Source of the DNA: Sminthopsis crassicaudata
Lineage: Eukaryota
Direction: 5' to 3'
Length of the DNA: 64,000 bases
Assembly (NCBI RefSeq): GCF_048593235.1
Contig: NC_133619.1
Location: 507,125,644-507,189,643 of the forward strand
Within the stretch, counting starts at the first letter, position 1. Each line of letters begins with the position of its first letter. This document shows, piece after piece, positions 62,512 to 64,000 of this stretch. Under the pieces are notes generated by a model, which was given only the letters and a program-made list of their open reading frames with translations, ran no database searches and was not told where the DNA came from. The position numbers were made by a program, and so were the translations under genes.

Positions 62512-63769
62512 AAAATGAATGTCAGACAAGGTGAACTGTGATAAGCAGAGATGGGGGAGGGTAAAGGGGAGGGATTTGAAGAAGGAGAAGGAAAAGAGAG
62601 ACAGAGAAAGGGAAGAGAAGAGGGGGAGGAGAGGAAGGAAGAGGATACAATATTATGTAGATACAAGCAATATAACAGAGGCTAAACGGCTTGCCCACGG
62701 TCACACAAATAAGTAAATGTTTGAGGCAGAATTTGAACTCTGGTCTTTCTGACTCCAAGTACATCAATCCATTATACCACACAATAATCTCTTATTATAA
62801 TCCCTAAACTCTATAATCTTTTACTATTTTGTATTTTATGATCTTTTATTATTTTAAGGGACTTATGGCTCTCATAGCATTATTTTTATTATCATTATTT
62901 ATCTTCATCTCTCATCTTCCTTCCTGGAGCCTAAGAATACTTCAAAAGAAAAAAAAAAAACATCCTTTGTTCCTCCTCATAGAACTAAGCATAAGATCTT
63001 ATATATAATATAATAAGTATGTTTGAATGGATGGATGGATGGATTTTGCTTTGAGAGCAAAACCTTAAAGAAGCAGACAGCACAAAGGAATTTACTTCTT
63101 TATCCAGACCTAGAGCCCTCTATAGCTTCCAAAGTGCAAGTAATTATTTAGAAGATCAATCGGGGTGAGATTTACTAATCAAACCATATCCCGGTATTGC
63201 TCACTTTAGCTATTGATCAGCTGTAAGACTCCCTGGCATCCATTTAGCTGAGGATTGTGTAGACAGAGGTCATATCCTTGACACCATCTGCTGGACCACG
63301 AAACCAGAATAAGAGCCAAACTGTCTGATAAACTATAATTATTTTCCATCATAGTGCTGTTTAGCCTGTCATTTGAGATTCCTATTTCTAGGAAAGTTCT
63401 TTGTGTGGCAAACAGCTGATGAGATGAAAATGAATCTTTTTTTAGGTATCTGAACACATCCTATCACTTGGGGTTCCGTGTGTTTTGAGCATCAATCACT
63501 GAACCCAGAGTAGAAGAAGCAGGCAGTCTTTTTTTTCATGTGATGATGGTTTTGTGGGTGTTTTTTTTTTAAGATTTTGAATAAACCATAGCAGCCCAAG
63601 TTGTACCATTGTTCCTTATTAATGGACAATCTGTTTCTGAAATGACAGCTTACTATACTTACCCCTGGCTTCTTCGTAGTTTGAGTTTCTGGTTTCTTGT
63701 TTTGTCTATTCTTCTACTTTGTCTACTCCCTTTGGTAACCTTTCTCAGGATTTTATTGTTGATGCATCA

Positions 63770-64000
63770 TTTGAGTCATATTTGAATCTCCGTCATCTCA
63801 TTTGAGGTTTTCTTGGCAAAGACACTGGAGTAGTTTGTTAATTCCTTCTCCAGATCATTTTACAGATGAGACTAAAACAAAGAGTTAAGTGGCTGGCCCA
63901 GGGTCACACAGCTAGTAAACTTCTATGGCCAGATTTTCATGAAGATGAATCTCTTGACTCTAGATATGGCACCTTGTGTCCTAAGCCACCTAGCTGACTC
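63770..64000 (-). mobile_element. MAR1-type SINE (runs to the window edge)
   Basis: ggttttcttggcaaagacactggagtagtttg...cattttacagatgag...cagggtcacacagctagt...gccacctagctg. Confidence 0.85.

Overview
This is AT-rich, CpG-depleted vertebrate DNA that looks marsupial, probably dasyurid (Tasmanian-devil-like). That call is inferred from my recollection of the repeat complement (MAR1/MIR CORE-SINEs, L2, L3/CR1, marsupial-type L1 3' ends, LTRs). There are three N gaps. I recognise no intact host protein-coding gene, so the window reads as intronic or intergenic, and almost all listed ORFs look spurious. Well-supported features are a full-length RPL12 processed pseudogene (61.9-62.5 kb), a young 5'-truncated L1 with an open ORF2 C-terminus, two 7SL-derived copies in inverted orientation, a solo ERV LTR with a 6-bp TSD, an ERV internal/PPT/U3 fragment, hAT DNA-transposon relics and many SINE/LINE fragments. 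The most interesting leads are: (i) the two 7SL copies share unusual derived changes, and one has its own TSD and a nested L1; (ii) a MEF2/TEAD/SP1 module beside a candidate minus-strand first exon at about 16.3-16.7 kb; (iii) a decayed RRM-like (TIA1/TIAL1-like) frame at 6.8-7.07 kb; (iv) a 33-bp SINE-tail minisatellite at four loci; (v) a duplicated ~65-bp module at 44.6/45.5 kb. No prokaryote-type system is present. Repeat family names come from recalled consensus sequences, not a database run. Repeat boundaries are approximate unless a TSD is quoted.
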